Assembly (NCBI GenBank): GCA_943354475.1
Contig: CALRBT010000002.1
Span: 16,361-80,360 of the forward strand
DNA length: 64,000 nt
Direction: 5' to 3'
Source of the DNA: Parcubacteria group bacterium
GTDB lineage: Bacteria; Patescibacteriota; Minisyncoccia; Phycocordibacterales; CALRBT01
Shown here piece after piece: positions 20,107 through 30,533 of this stretch. How positions within the stretch are numbered: the first letter of the stretch is position 1; each line of letters starts with the position of its first letter. The translations under genes and the position numbers were made by a program. The notes under the pieces were generated by a model. The model worked only from the letters and a program-made list of their open reading frames with translations. It ran no database searches and had not been told where the DNA came from.

Positions 20107-21192
20107 TTAATTCTCATCTGAAATCCAAACATCATTTTGCCAATGCCAATCTGAATCCATTCCACCAAAAACAAAGATCTTATTCTTGAAAATTAACGCG
20201 GAGTGGTCCTCTCTACCGAGCCATGGTGGGTCAATCTTTGTCTTATTCCAGGTCAAAGCGTCGTCGGTGTACCAAATATCATTTGGTCCTCCTACCCCTT
20301 TGTCATTTAGTCTTCCAACTGTCCACAATTTGTCATGAAGTACCAGTAAGGCGTGACCTTGGCGCTCCAACCATGGTGGATTCTTGGTTACTAGCTCCCA
20401 ATGTAATCCATCGGTAGTCGACCAAACATCCTTGAATGTATTGTCGAGTAAATCCATCCCACCACTAAGATATATTTTTCCTTTAAATACAGCTGTTGCA
20501 TGATCCCACCTCGTACTCCACGGAATAGTCGTGGTTGCTTCCAGCCAATCAACACCATTCTCAGAGTACCAAACATCATTTTTCGTCTCTCGTTTGTCGT
20601 AATTAACCCCACCCATCATCCACATCTTTCCTTGAAAGACTTCAGTGGTTTGCCCCTCCCTCGGTGACCAAGGAGCCTTCGAAGCCACCTTTTTCCAGTT
20701 TATCGCATCATCTGACTGCCAAACATCACTCTGATAGCCACCGATAGGGCTCCAACCAGCAAACATCCATAACTTATTATTAAAGAGGACTACTGACATA
20801 GAACGCCTCAATGGCCAGGCTGCATGTGCTTTTTCTAATTTCCAATTAGCGCCGTCTGCCGTTGACCAAATATCATTAAAATGTGGCGCCTCCCAATACC
20901 GCACATTGTGCGCACCACTGTTGTTATTATTTCCATCGAGCCCTCCCATTGTCCAAATCTTATCTTGGAATACAAAACTAACCCCGGAGTCCCTCGTTTC
21001 CCACGGCGCTGAAGAAGTAGCCTTAGTCCACGATAAATTCTCTGGAGAAAAAGTGTCGACGATCTCTTGTTCTGCAGATGTTACAACAGACTCAACAGTT
21101 TGCTTTGACGACTTAACAAAAACTACCGCAAACACTAACAGAACAATAATTAATGCGCCGACAATTAATAGGATTTTTTGCTTTGAATTCAT
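20107..21192 (-). CDS. Membrane-anchored Kelch-like beta-propeller
   Basis: Repeated W..R...VF.GK.W..GG...NDVW.S.DG units. Confidence 0.85.
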   Translation of the reverse strand: MNSKQKILLIVGALIIVLLVFAVVFVKSSKQTVESVVTSAEQEIVDTFSPENLSWTKATSSAPWETRDSGVSFVFQDKIWTMGGLDGNNNNSGAHNVRYWEAPHFNDIWSTADGANWKLEKAHAAWPLRRSMSVVLFNNKLWMFAGWSPIGGYQSDVWQSDDAINWKKVASKAPWSPREGQTTEVFQGKMWMMGGVNYDKRETKNDVWYSENGVDWLEATTTIPWSTRWDHATAVFKGKIYLSGGMDLLDNTFKDVWSTTDGLHWELVTKNPPWLERQGHALLVLHDKLWTVGRLNDKGVGGPNDIWYTDDALTWNKTKIDPPWLGREDHSALIFKNKIFVFGGMDSDWHWQNDVWISDEN

Positions 21193-21248
21193 GCAGTAAT
21201 TAAAATAATCAGCACTCTTTAGTGCCTAGACCTTCATTGAAACGAAAA

Positions 21249-21542
21249 CTATTCCTTTTCCTCACCCCACTGCCAACGAGGTTTTTGACCCTTTAGATAA
21301 CAAACGAGGATAAATAATCCAGTAAGTACAAGAAAAGGCACTGCCATATCAATAAAAGTGTCGCTAATTGAATGAGAATTCTCATCAATCCTCATAAAGA
21401 GGTAGACGAGAGATAAAATGTAGATAAGTGTAGCTGCCCAACCTTGCCAAAGTGCAGGTACCCACCCCCAGCCATAGAGCTTCCGCTTGAACCAATATCC
21501 CTTAGGATTATTCTTTAGATAGGCGATATATTCGTTAATCAT
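21249..21542 (-). CDS. Small membrane protein
   Basis: WFKRKLYGWGWVP..WQGW, PRWQWG. Confidence 0.75.
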   Translation of the reverse strand: MINEYIAYLKNNPKGYWFKRKLYGWGWVPALWQGWAATLIYILSLVYLFMRIDENSHSISDTFIDMAVPFLVLTGLFILVCYLKGQKPRWQWGEEKE

Positions 21543-21683
21543 ATTTTTAGTATACCAAAAAGCCTCTGATAAATCCCGGAGGCTAACAATAACCGCAGAT
21601 ACACTCTTGAATAGACCATTTCGGTAACAAATTGGAACTAATGACTACTTGTATAGATTAATTGGATAGTTTAATATGAAGTT

Positions 21684-22349
21684 ATGCGCAAACATGCTTT
21701 GGAAACTATTTTAGCCCTCAAGTCAGATCGAGAACAGGGGTTGTCTATTCCCCAACTAATGAATAAATATTCTCTACCCAAAACCACCATCTGGCACCAT
21801 GTAAAAGGGGTAGTCCTCACCAAACGCGCAAGAGCATTGGCACGATCAAACCAAGGTGGAAGTAAGTTGAGGAGTCAACAAAGTTGGGATCAAGCTGAGA
21901 CAAAAGCAATATTACTGCTAAAAAATTTTGATGAAAGCATAATTTGGCCAATTTTATTTTCTGCCCTTTATTGGAGTGAAGGAACAAAAAAGAGTGGTTT
22001 TGTATTCACAAACACAGATGAGTTTATGATTCGTGTTTTTCTAAAGATTTTACGTAAGCATCTACGAATTAAAAATGGTGATCTTGATATTCTAATACGA
22101 ACTTGCACCCCCATGAATCCATTAGAGTGTCGCCGACATTGGAGTGTGGTGACCGATATTCCCCATACAGATATTAAAATCAACCATAACAATGAACAAA
22201 ATAGAAGTAAAACAAGGTATGGTATTTGCAGAATTACGCTCAAAAAAGGTGGTTTTAATTTGAAATTAATGCATTGTCTTATTCAGGAAATTACTGCTAA
22301 GATACTGAAACGCCCTCGTAGTTCAACGGATAGAACTTCGCACTCCTAA
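21684..22349 (+). CDS. HTH plus LAGLIDADG-like domain protein overlapping tRNA-Arg
   Basis: N-terminal HTH (SIPQL...KTTIWHHV); LYWSEG, FTNTD..MI..F. Confidence 0.65.
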   Translation: MRKHALETILALKSDREQGLSIPQLMNKYSLPKTTIWHHVKGVVLTKRARALARSNQGGSKLRSQQSWDQAETKAILLLKNFDESIIWPILFSALYWSEGTKKSGFVFTNTDEFMIRVFLKILRKHLRIKNGDLDILIRTCTPMNPLECRRHWSVVTDIPHTDIKINHNNEQNRSKTRYGICRITLKKGGFNLKLMHCLIQEITAKILKRPRSSTDRTSHS

Positions 22350-22386
22350 CGCGAGAATCCAAGTCCGACTCTTGGCGAGGGCACCA
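22312..22386 (+). tRNA. tRNA-Arg(CCT)
   Basis: GCCCTCGTAGTTCAACGGATAGAAC..CT-CCT-AA..CGAGGGCACCA. Confidence 0.88.
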
Positions 22387-22477
22387 ACTAAGCAAAAAGT
22401 CTTACAAATGGGAGGTAAGGCCAAAAAATCAAAAAACGCCTATGTTGGCGTTTTTTGATTGGATGAAGAGAAGAGAG

Positions 22478-22717
22478 TTAGGCTACAATCCAGAGAGCCT
22501 TGGCTAGAGCATCCCGATCAAACCCGACCATCATCTGTCCATCAATATCAATCACTGGTACCCCCATTTGGCCACTCTTCTGAATCATCTCATTTCGCTT
22601 CTCAAGGTTACTTGCAACATCAAATTCTTCAAATGGAACCTTGTGTTCATTCATAAAATCCTTTGCCATTTTGCAGTAACCACAGGTTGGTGTTGAGTAA
22701 ATTTCTACTTTTTTCAT
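22478..22717 (-). CDS. Glutaredoxin-like protein (YruB/NrdH-like)
   Basis: TPTCGYC, SGQMGVPVI. Confidence 0.9.
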   Translation of the reverse strand: MKKVEIYSTPTCGYCKMAKDFMNEHKVPFEEFDVASNLEKRNEMIQKSGQMGVPVIDIDGQMMVGFDRDALAKALWIVA

Positions 22718-22800
22718 ATTTTTTCTGAATTAGCGCTTTTAAGTCAAGACATTGTACCATACTCGCTTTCATGAGCAAAAAAAGGGGTTTGATGAGATTG

Positions 22801-22934
22801 TGGTGCGAGTGGCGAGAATCGAAACTTACAGTTTCAGTACAGTTTTCGTATCACCTTGCGATATACTCAAACTTTTCGATTTTCGCTCACAGGCAAAGCA
22901 GTTTGCCTGCTCACTCGCACACTCACATTACTCC
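22801..22934. repeat. Palindromic element containing copies of the tRNA-Gly 3' end
   Basis: TGGTGCGAGTGGCGAGAATCGAA at 22801 equals 22935; inverted interrupted copy at about 22875-22920. Confidence 0.8.
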
Positions 22935-23008
22935 TGGTGCGAGTGGCGAGAATCGAACTCGCGTTACCTGCTTGGGAAGCAGGTGTATTACCACTATACG
23001 ACACTCGC
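22935..23008 (-). tRNA. tRNA-Gly(CCC)
   Basis: GCGAGTG..CCTGC-TTCCCAA-GCAGG..CACTCGCACCA. Confidence 0.95.
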
Positions 23009-23012
23009 AATT

Positions 23013-23396
23013 TTATTTAAATTTAAAAAAATCGATAGTTCTAGAAAACCAGCCTTTTTTTGTCGAAGATGCTATACCACTTACGGGCTCTGCCTCAATA
23101 ATCACTGCCATTTGTTCTCCACTCTTAGCAACCCCGTATTTTTTTCTAAGCTCACTCTCCCTCCCTTCCACGGTATGTAACTTGGCAATCTCTTGCTCAA
23201 GGAACGCCTTGCGCGCCAAAAGCTCCTTCTCTTCAAGAGACACTCTATTTGCAGTCTCAGCGACCTCTGCCTTGCGTATGTGAGCGGTAAACGAGGCCTT
23301 GGCAAGAACTACAATAAGAACTAGTAGAATCGCAAGTGCAAACTTGGAGTGGAGGTATTTGCGCCATTTTCTTTTTTCTTGAATTTGAACTTCCAT
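23013..23396 (-). CDS. Septum formation initiator (FtsB/DivIC-like)
   Basis: TM helix, coiled coil, E.ELR.KYG.AK.GE. Confidence 0.75.
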   Translation of the reverse strand: MEVQIQEKRKWRKYLHSKFALAILLVLIVVLAKASFTAHIRKAEVAETANRVSLEEKELLARKAFLEQEIAKLHTVEGRESELRKKYGVAKSGEQMAVIIEAEPVSGIASSTKKGWFSRTIDFFKFK

Positions 23397-23727
23397 AGAG
23401 ATGATGTTAGTATACTACAATCATTATTTCCAGAATAATCACGTCAAATTAGTATGCTTTTTCACAAAAAAACCAAAAAAGTGATGAATGTCGTCAGTAT
23501 CGTCGTCGGAGTGACTGTTATTCTCAGCATGGTACTCCTCTCAATGGCTTCACTTTGGGGATAAGGGAGCGTTAGCGAACACTTATCCTCTGTGAGGATA
23601 GGAAGTCTAGATGTTAGGGTGTAGAGAATAGGGTTTAGTTTTGGAACGAAACCAGAAACCATCAGGACGAGCCTTCGGCTCGTCCTGATGGTTTAACCTA
23701 AACCCTATCCCCTATAACCTGTCTATT

Positions 23728-25533
23728 CTACTCTCTCATCATCTTCATAAAGACATCGTGGGAAATATTCACCTTACCTAATTCCTTCATTTTCTTTTTA
23801 CCTTTCTTCTGTTTCTCGCGCAATTTCATCTTGCGCGTTATGTCCCCTCCATACAGATAGCCTGTGACATCTTTCTTCATCGCTGAAATTGTCCTTGAGG
23901 AAATAATTCGTCCCATTGCCTTACTTTGAATCTTGGTAGTAAACATCTGCCTTGGCAATATTTCATAGAGCTTCTCCACAGCCTTTTCTGCTTCTTCTTG
24001 TGCACGTCTGGTTGAAACCACTCGAGAAAACGCTGGGACGATCTCATCTGCGACCAGGATATCCATACGTACCACATCAGCCTCCCTTAATTCACCGACT
24101 TCGTAAGAGAGTGAGGCGAAACCAGAAGAAACACTTTTTAGCATATCAAAAAAGTTACGCATCAATTCGCGTAATGGTAAATCCGCAGTAATACTAATAC
24201 GTCGTTCGCCAAAATTCTCCGTCTCGCGAACCGTCGCCTCATGATCAAAGAGTAATTGCATAATTTGCCCGCTGTACTCAGGCGGTGCAATAATTTTAGC
24301 GGTAACCCAGGGTTCATAGATTTTCTCTGCAAGTCCATGGTCTGGAAAAATAGATGGGGAGTAAATCACCACCCGCTTACCAGATTTTAAGAGTGCCTCG
24401 TAGGTAATACTCGGTGAGGTAATAATCAAATCGAGATCAAATTCACGTCTGAGCCGTTCTGTAATAATCTCAAGGTGAAGCATTCCAAGGAACCCGCAAC
24501 GAAACCCCCTTCCAAGTGAGCCGGAAGATTCTTCTTCGTGTGAAAACGATGAGTCAGAAAGCCTGAGTCGTCCAAGTGCCTGACGAAGCGGGTCGAAGTC
24601 ATCCTGACTCTCCGGATAGATTGACGCCCAGACCACTGGACGAGGTCGTTGATAGCCCACCAGTGCTGGTAAGGGATTTTTAAAATACGTAACAGTGTCT
24701 CCAACAGAAGCGATGCCAGGCTCTTTGATTCCCGTAACAATATAACCAATCTCCCCTCCTGAAAGCGTCTCCTTTGGCTGCTCTTCCGGTGCGAACACAC
24801 CAACCTCAAGAGCGATGAACCGTTTACCCGCAACCGAGAACAGGAGCTCTGCTCCCTTTGAGATTACTCCATCGAGCATTCTGATATAGACAATCACCCC
24901 TCGGTGGTTGGAATATTGGAAATCAAAGATAAGTGCCCGCGCACTTTTATCATCAACAAATTCTTCTTTTGGTGCAGGCACCCGTTTAATAATCTCCTCA
25001 AGGAGCTTTGGAACCCCTTCGCCAGTCCTTCCAGAGACTTCCAGAACAGTATCAACTGAGACATCGAGGAGATTTGCCAACTCTTCCTTAACTGCAGGCA
25101 CGTCCGCTAGAGGCGAGTCAATCTTACTGACCACAGGAATGATTACGAGCCCACTCTCCCTTGCCATTTGAAGCGTTGAGAGTGTTTGTGCTTGTACACC
25201 TTGTGTTGCGTCCACCAACAGGAGCGAGCCTTCTACAGCCTTGAGCGCTCTTGAGACCTCGTAGGAAAAGTCGATGTGTCCTGGCGTGTCGATGAGATTG
25301 AGTACAAACTCTTCTCCAGCTTGTTTATAGGCCATTCGAACAGGTTGCATTTTAATCGTAATCCCGCGCTCACGTTCGAGCTCCATACTATCGAGTACTT
25401 GGTCGCGCATTTTACGCTTTTCAATCGTTGCCGTAACCTCAAGGAGCCGGTCGGCCAGTGTCGACTTACCGTGGTCAATATGAGCAATAATGCTGAAATT
25501 TCGAATATGAGATTTTGGGACTTGATTTGTCAT
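23728..25533 (-). CDS. lepA: Elongation factor 4
   Basis: IAHIDHGKSTLADR, GFRCGFLGMLH, YGGDITRK. Confidence 0.98.
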   Translation of the reverse strand: MTNQVPKSHIRNFSIIAHIDHGKSTLADRLLEVTATIEKRKMRDQVLDSMELERERGITIKMQPVRMAYKQAGEEFVLNLIDTPGHIDFSYEVSRALKAVEGSLLLVDATQGVQAQTLSTLQMARESGLVIIPVVSKIDSPLADVPAVKEELANLLDVSVDTVLEVSGRTGEGVPKLLEEIIKRVPAPKEEFVDDKSARALIFDFQYSNHRGVIVYIRMLDGVISKGAELLFSVAGKRFIALEVGVFAPEEQPKETLSGGEIGYIVTGIKEPGIASVGDTVTYFKNPLPALVGYQRPRPVVWASIYPESQDDFDPLRQALGRLRLSDSSFSHEEESSGSLGRGFRCGFLGMLHLEIITERLRREFDLDLIITSPSITYEALLKSGKRVVIYSPSIFPDHGLAEKIYEPWVTAKIIAPPEYSGQIMQLLFDHEATVRETENFGERRISITADLPLRELMRNFFDMLKSVSSGFASLSYEVGELREADVVRMDILVADEIVPAFSRVVSTRRAQEEAEKAVEKLYEILPRQMFTTKIQSKAMGRIISSRTISAMKKDVTGYLYGGDITRKMKLREKQKKGKKKMKELGKVNISHDVFMKMMRE

Positions 25534-25578
25534 ATGTAAAGTTACTTTACCTGAGGTAGAGAATTAATCAACATCTCG

Positions 25579-27297
25579 TTATAGCTCCGTCTGTTCCCCA
25601 CCTACAATCTTAACCTTCCAAACTCTACGCCAAAAACGCTCTTGGAACACCTTGGTCATCTCCTTAAATTCAGCGTTTTTCAGTATTTGGAGAATAGACA
25701 TTCCTACTAATATCCCAACAATACCAGAGACTACTCCTTGTGTTAGAACTCCAGTAAATGAATTAAGGTCAAGATTTGGTGCAAGTAAGTTGAGTGTTAT
25801 ATACGCACCACCACCCATCAAAACCGAAGCTGCAAAACTATGGAAAAGAGTTCCCAGAGCTTCTTTACCCATACCTGGAAAGTCACGCTCAAAGAAAATC
25901 CAAAAAAGAATCACGTTAACCATTGAACCGATTGAAAACGCCAGTGGAAGCATTAATATTTCTGTTCCAGGAATCCCGTCAACTTTAAAGAGACGTTCGA
26001 TGAAAAAACGGAAGAACTGAGAGTATTCAAATAGACTTACCAGAATTACTGAAGAGATGAGTGTAATCATTGCTGAAAAACAGTTAATTAAAAGGGGCTT
26101 GCGCGTATTTCCTGCCGCATAGTAGCTACGGATAAAGAGCATTACCAAGCTTTGTGCTAATAGAGAGAGGGCAAAGATAGCCAAGGCGGCAGCTGTTAGC
26201 TTTGTGTTATCCCAACTAAATTTTCCCGATCCGAGAATAACCCTAATAATCTGCGCTCTTAGAACAATAAAAAGGACGAGTGCTGGCGTTGTCCAGAAAA
26301 TGATGTGCCTAAGCGCTACGGTAAAGTGCTCAATAAATTTTTTAGTATCCCCTTCAGTGTAAAACCTTGAAAGAAGTGGAAATGCCGCCACAGAGTAACT
26401 GACCGCAATAATGGAAAGTGGTACTGATTCGAGATTATAGGAAAAACTAAATATAGCAATTGATCCTTCAGTCATCCGAGACGCTTGCATGGTCAATATC
26501 ATGAGGCTAATCAGTTGTATTGAGAGTGTTATGGTTCTTGGTAGCGATACAGTAAAGACTTCACCTACCTCCTTCCATTGTAGGCGAAGTGACAGGGATG
26601 GCTTGTATCCTTCACCAAGCACAAACGGAATCTGCATCACCAAATGCAAAAATGCACCGAGTGCAACTCCCCAAGCCAAACCAGTAATCCCAAGAAATGG
26701 GTAGAGAACCAGAATACCGATAATAATGCCGATATTATAGAGAATTGGTGAGAGTGCGTAGATATAAAATCGATTATGTACTTGCACCACACTACTAAAG
26801 AGATTTGAAATACTAAGAAAGATTGGTGAGAGTAGGAGTATCCGTCCAAGGAGCACTGTTTGGTTCACTGCCTCGGCTGAAAAACCAGGAAATAAAAAAG
26901 GGATGATAATTGGAAAGAAAAAGAAGGCCAGAGCGGAGACAATCGAAATTAATATAGTAAAAGCCGAAAACAAATTGTTAACAAATTTCTTGCCTGCCAT
27001 ACTCATTACTGATGAAAGCCCTGATCCGTCAGCATTTTTATCTAAACGACTAATCAGCATCGGAATAATAATTCCTACTGAAACGAGAGAGCCGAGCGAA
27101 ACGAAAATAAAATCCGGTACCCGAAACGCCGCGTAGTACACATCAAGTGTCTGACTTGCCCCAAAAGTCCCTGCAAGTAATCGATCCCTCAGTAATCCCA
27201 AAATTTGTGAAAGAACTGCAGAAATACCAAGGATATAGGCAGCTTTGTGTAAACCACTTATTTCAAGATTGAGGAATTTTAATATTTTTGCAACCAT
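25579..27297 (-). CDS. murJ: Lipid II flippase MurJ
   Basis: LGLLRDR, AAFRVPD, multiple TM helices. Confidence 0.9.
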   Translation of the reverse strand: MVAKILKFLNLEISGLHKAAYILGISAVLSQILGLLRDRLLAGTFGASQTLDVYYAAFRVPDFIFVSLGSLVSVGIIIPMLISRLDKNADGSGLSSVMSMAGKKFVNNLFSAFTILISIVSALAFFFFPIIIPFLFPGFSAEAVNQTVLLGRILLLSPIFLSISNLFSSVVQVHNRFYIYALSPILYNIGIIIGILVLYPFLGITGLAWGVALGAFLHLVMQIPFVLGEGYKPSLSLRLQWKEVGEVFTVSLPRTITLSIQLISLMILTMQASRMTEGSIAIFSFSYNLESVPLSIIAVSYSVAAFPLLSRFYTEGDTKKFIEHFTVALRHIIFWTTPALVLFIVLRAQIIRVILGSGKFSWDNTKLTAAALAIFALSLLAQSLVMLFIRSYYAAGNTRKPLLINCFSAMITLISSVILVSLFEYSQFFRFFIERLFKVDGIPGTEILMLPLAFSIGSMVNVILFWIFFERDFPGMGKEALGTLFHSFAASVLMGGGAYITLNLLAPNLDLNSFTGVLTQGVVSGIVGILVGMSILQILKNAEFKEMTKVFQERFWRRVWKVKIVGGEQTEL

Positions 27298-27336
27298 ACA
27301 CCACGTAATTAGATAGTATTACTATAACGGTAACTA

Positions 27337-27385
27337 AAGAAAAAAAGAAGCAAAACGGGCCAAAGGCCCGTTTTGCTTCTTTTTT
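27337..27385. terminator. Bidirectional hairpin terminator
   Basis: AAAAAAAGAAGCAAAACGGGCC/GGCCCGTTTTGCTTCTTTTTT. Confidence 0.75.
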
Positions 27386-27393
27386 ATCTCCTC

Positions 27394-29931
27394 TTACTGA
27401 TTTGTGGAACTTGATTCCTTAATAGGGGGAGTTTTTCTTTTCTCGGGAGTATTATCGAGCGGAGGTTTTACATTACTAAACGGCGTCCTGCCTGCTCGTA
27501 GATTAGTGAGGATTTGCTGCACCTCCTGATTATCCTGATTCGTCTTCTGAATCTCAACAAACTGTGCAATTGCCTGGTCTCGCATATCAAGGTTTGCATA
27601 ATCAAGCCCTAAGAAGTAGCGAGCATTTGCGTACTGAGGATTGAGTGTTACAGCTCGTTCAAGTGCGATTCCAGAATTTCTCCAGTCTTTATTGTTGTAG
27701 AGTAAGAATCCAAGTTGGAACATGACCGTTGGATCATTTGGATTAAGGACAGCGAGCTGTGCAACTGAATCGATTGCCCCCTTGAGATCATTACTCTGGA
27801 TTTGTAACTGCGTCTTAAGAATGATGGCTTCTGTATAGTTTGGTTTCTCCACAAGAGCCTTGTCTATATAAGCATATGCAGCCTTGAGATCCTTGTGAGC
27901 AACTTCAACTCGTGCGAGAGAGAGGTAAACCCCTGGATTATGTGGATTAAGTGCAATTACTTTCTGGTATTCAGAAACAGCTGTCTCGTACGCTTGTCCC
28001 ACTCCAATTGGTATGAGCGCCTCAGCCACACGTCCGAGGAGATCGTGGTTCTGATAGTTGTTTGGATTAAATTGGATTGCAAACTGAGCGTTACTAATCA
28101 TCGAATCACGGATCACTCCAAACTGTCCAACAAGGGCATCGGTTCGTTCCTTAGGAAGATTTGGTTGTGAAAGTTGATTAGCGAGAATATTCAACTTTGC
28201 TAGATTGAATTGAGCAATGGTGCCGTAATACGCATCGTTAGTCCAAAAAGCGTTTGCTCGCTTAACCAAATCCTCAGCATTAGTTAGACCAATCATCGCA
28301 GCTTCTTGATCAGGATATTGTCGGTTAGCAACAGCCTGTCCTTTTTGATAATAAACTGAAGAGACAAAACGTTGCAATATTAGATATGCACAAGCGATTG
28401 AAAGAATAATGAGGAGGACCATAACGAGCACCGACACAAAACCAAGCCGTGGATCTTTTAGGAAACCAACTCGCTGATCTTCAATTACATGAGTTTGTGC
28501 AAGTACCGCAATAAAGAGACCGGTAAATATGAACGCGAGAGAAACGATGGGAACCGTTGGCACATAGAAAATCATCATGACCCAAAGGTATAAGGTTCCC
28601 AAGAAAGACGAGAGTGTTAGGTAGCGAATGAAAGGATCTGTGGATGGTCTGAAGATGAGTTTGACCCCTTTGTATGCAATGAGTCCAAGGAAGGCAATCC
28701 ACGCTAGAAAGCCCAGAAGTCCTACGGTGACCAACTGTGAAGGAATAGTACCAATACCATTCGCAAAGTCTGTATTCCAGAAAATAGCATTATTTACCCC
28801 AGTTGGTTTAAATCGAAGCCATGATTCAACAAACTGATTTGGTCCAACTCCGAAGAAAAGTTCTCGCTTTGATGCAGAGAGTGTCCCCTTTGCAATCTCT
28901 GCAGTACCTGACCATGACGGACGAACCTCGACATACTGGACATTAAAGGTGCGGGAAATGAAATCACTAACTGGTTGTGTGGTACGACTAGGAAATCCTG
29001 AAATAACAAAGAAAAGTGAGACGACGAGCAAAACAAGAGGAAGAAGTGAAATTTTCTTTGATTTAATCAATCCTCGCAACTCCTCGTTGTACGCCTTAAC
29101 ACTTTTACCACGTTCAAGGCTTAACCCATCTCTATTAAAGAGTACTGTGTAGACGAAGAAAGAGAAAGAGAAAATCGCGAAGAATACCCAGAGGACATAG
29201 AAGTTAATAACAATAAGGAAGAAGAGTGAAACGAAAAAGACAACGTGAAGCGAGATTAGGAAGAGTCGCTTTAGTGTCAAAAACTGTAGCGTCACAACCG
29301 ACAAGATTGCCCCGAGACCGAAGAAGATAGCAAGGTCATACCATTTACCAACAATACTTGAAGCTGATGTTGGAATGAGGGAACCAAAAGAGAGAAAACT
29401 TGGTCCAAACATAAGACGAAGACCTTGGTAGACTGCAATTACAAGGAATGAAGCGAAGATTGCAAGATACAGATAGAAGACGCGCTCCTTGTTTCTCAAA
29501 AAGACTGAGGAAAGAAACATCAACAGAAACATCAACGCGAGTGAGACAGCTGTACCAAATTCAAATCCGAGACCTAGGAGTCCTGCAGACCAGTTTTTTG
29601 AGAAAAATGCTGATGCCAAATAAACAACTGGCAGGGCGAGTCCTGCAAGGAGAATCGGACTTTTAGGAATCGAAAATTTTCCATCTCGAAAACGTTCAAA
29701 AACCCACAAAGAGAATAGAACAATGACGCCGAGGATTACGAGGAGATTTTTTCCAAACTGGAAGAGAACGCTCTGTGATGGAACAAAGAAAACTGGAATC
29801 AAGAAAACTAGCCCAATAAAGATTCCGTACGACATCTTTTCAAGAAAGCTATTTCCTTGCTCTGCCTTACCTTCAAACTGACTATCCTGCTCTTTTGGTG
29901 GGATGTTTTCTTCGGTGTGTATAAGCTCCAT
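27394..29931 (-). CDS. Polytopic membrane protein (O-antigen ligase-like) with C-terminal TPRs
   Basis: Many TM helices, FGVGPNQF, TPR repeats. Confidence 0.8.
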   Translation of the reverse strand: MELIHTEENIPPKEQDSQFEGKAEQGNSFLEKMSYGIFIGLVFLIPVFFVPSQSVLFQFGKNLLVILGVIVLFSLWVFERFRDGKFSIPKSPILLAGLALPVVYLASAFFSKNWSAGLLGLGFEFGTAVSLALMFLLMFLSSVFLRNKERVFYLYLAIFASFLVIAVYQGLRLMFGPSFLSFGSLIPTSASSIVGKWYDLAIFFGLGAILSVVTLQFLTLKRLFLISLHVVFFVSLFFLIVINFYVLWVFFAIFSFSFFVYTVLFNRDGLSLERGKSVKAYNEELRGLIKSKKISLLPLVLLVVSLFFVISGFPSRTTQPVSDFISRTFNVQYVEVRPSWSGTAEIAKGTLSASKRELFFGVGPNQFVESWLRFKPTGVNNAIFWNTDFANGIGTIPSQLVTVGLLGFLAWIAFLGLIAYKGVKLIFRPSTDPFIRYLTLSSFLGTLYLWVMMIFYVPTVPIVSLAFIFTGLFIAVLAQTHVIEDQRVGFLKDPRLGFVSVLVMVLLIILSIACAYLILQRFVSSVYYQKGQAVANRQYPDQEAAMIGLTNAEDLVKRANAFWTNDAYYGTIAQFNLAKLNILANQLSQPNLPKERTDALVGQFGVIRDSMISNAQFAIQFNPNNYQNHDLLGRVAEALIPIGVGQAYETAVSEYQKVIALNPHNPGVYLSLARVEVAHKDLKAAYAYIDKALVEKPNYTEAIILKTQLQIQSNDLKGAIDSVAQLAVLNPNDPTVMFQLGFLLYNNKDWRNSGIALERAVTLNPQYANARYFLGLDYANLDMRDQAIAQFVEIQKTNQDNQEVQQILTNLRAGRTPFSNVKPPLDNTPEKRKTPPIKESSSTNQ

Positions 29932-30083
29932 AATAAACGAAGAATTAATCTATAAAATGTACAGTTAAGTATATAAGATAAGTAGAACGCAATCAAATAA
30001 AATGTGTGTAAGTCTAAGGTTTTAGGGAGGTTTGGACTACAAAAACTATTGAATTTTTTAATTATATATGGTATAATATTAAG

Positions 30084-30434
30084 TGGTAATCAGATAGTCG
30101 CTGGTATAGCAATATACTAGAGGAAAGTCCGAACATTCCCCTTTCCTGCTTGCAGGGAAGGGAGCAAGGTAGCAGGTAATCCCTGTCTGGAGTAATCCAC
30201 GAGGTGCGAGCAGAGACGCTCGAAGTGAAAACCTAGAGCATCCCTCCCTGCAAGCAGGGAGGGATGAGTCCCCATCGCAAGATGGGGGTTGAAACGGCAA
30301 AACCCTTACCCGAATGCAAGGCCGTGCCAGCGTAAGCTGGAGTGCCGCTTGACTCTGCGAGTGATTGCAGGGCTAGATAAATGACTATCGTTACGATGTA
30401 AGTCGTGACACAGAATTCGGCTTATCGATTACCA
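30084..30434 (+). ncRNA. rnpB: RNase P RNA
   Basis: GAGGAAAGTCC, GCTAGATAAATGACT, ACAGAATTCGGCTTA; ends TGGTAATC/GATTACCA pair. Confidence 0.95.
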
Positions 30435-30533
30435 ACCAATGGAAAAACCACCGCAAGGTGGTTTTTCCATTGGCATAAATCGTTTAGGGCCCGAACGCAC
30501 GCGTTCGGGCCCACCAATTCACTTATGCTCAAG

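Noticed and set aside
19403-30300. ORFs 19403-19714, 22752-23283 and 30079-30300
   Set aside because: Antisense to tRNA-Phe, tRNA-Gly/septum gene and rnpB respectively.
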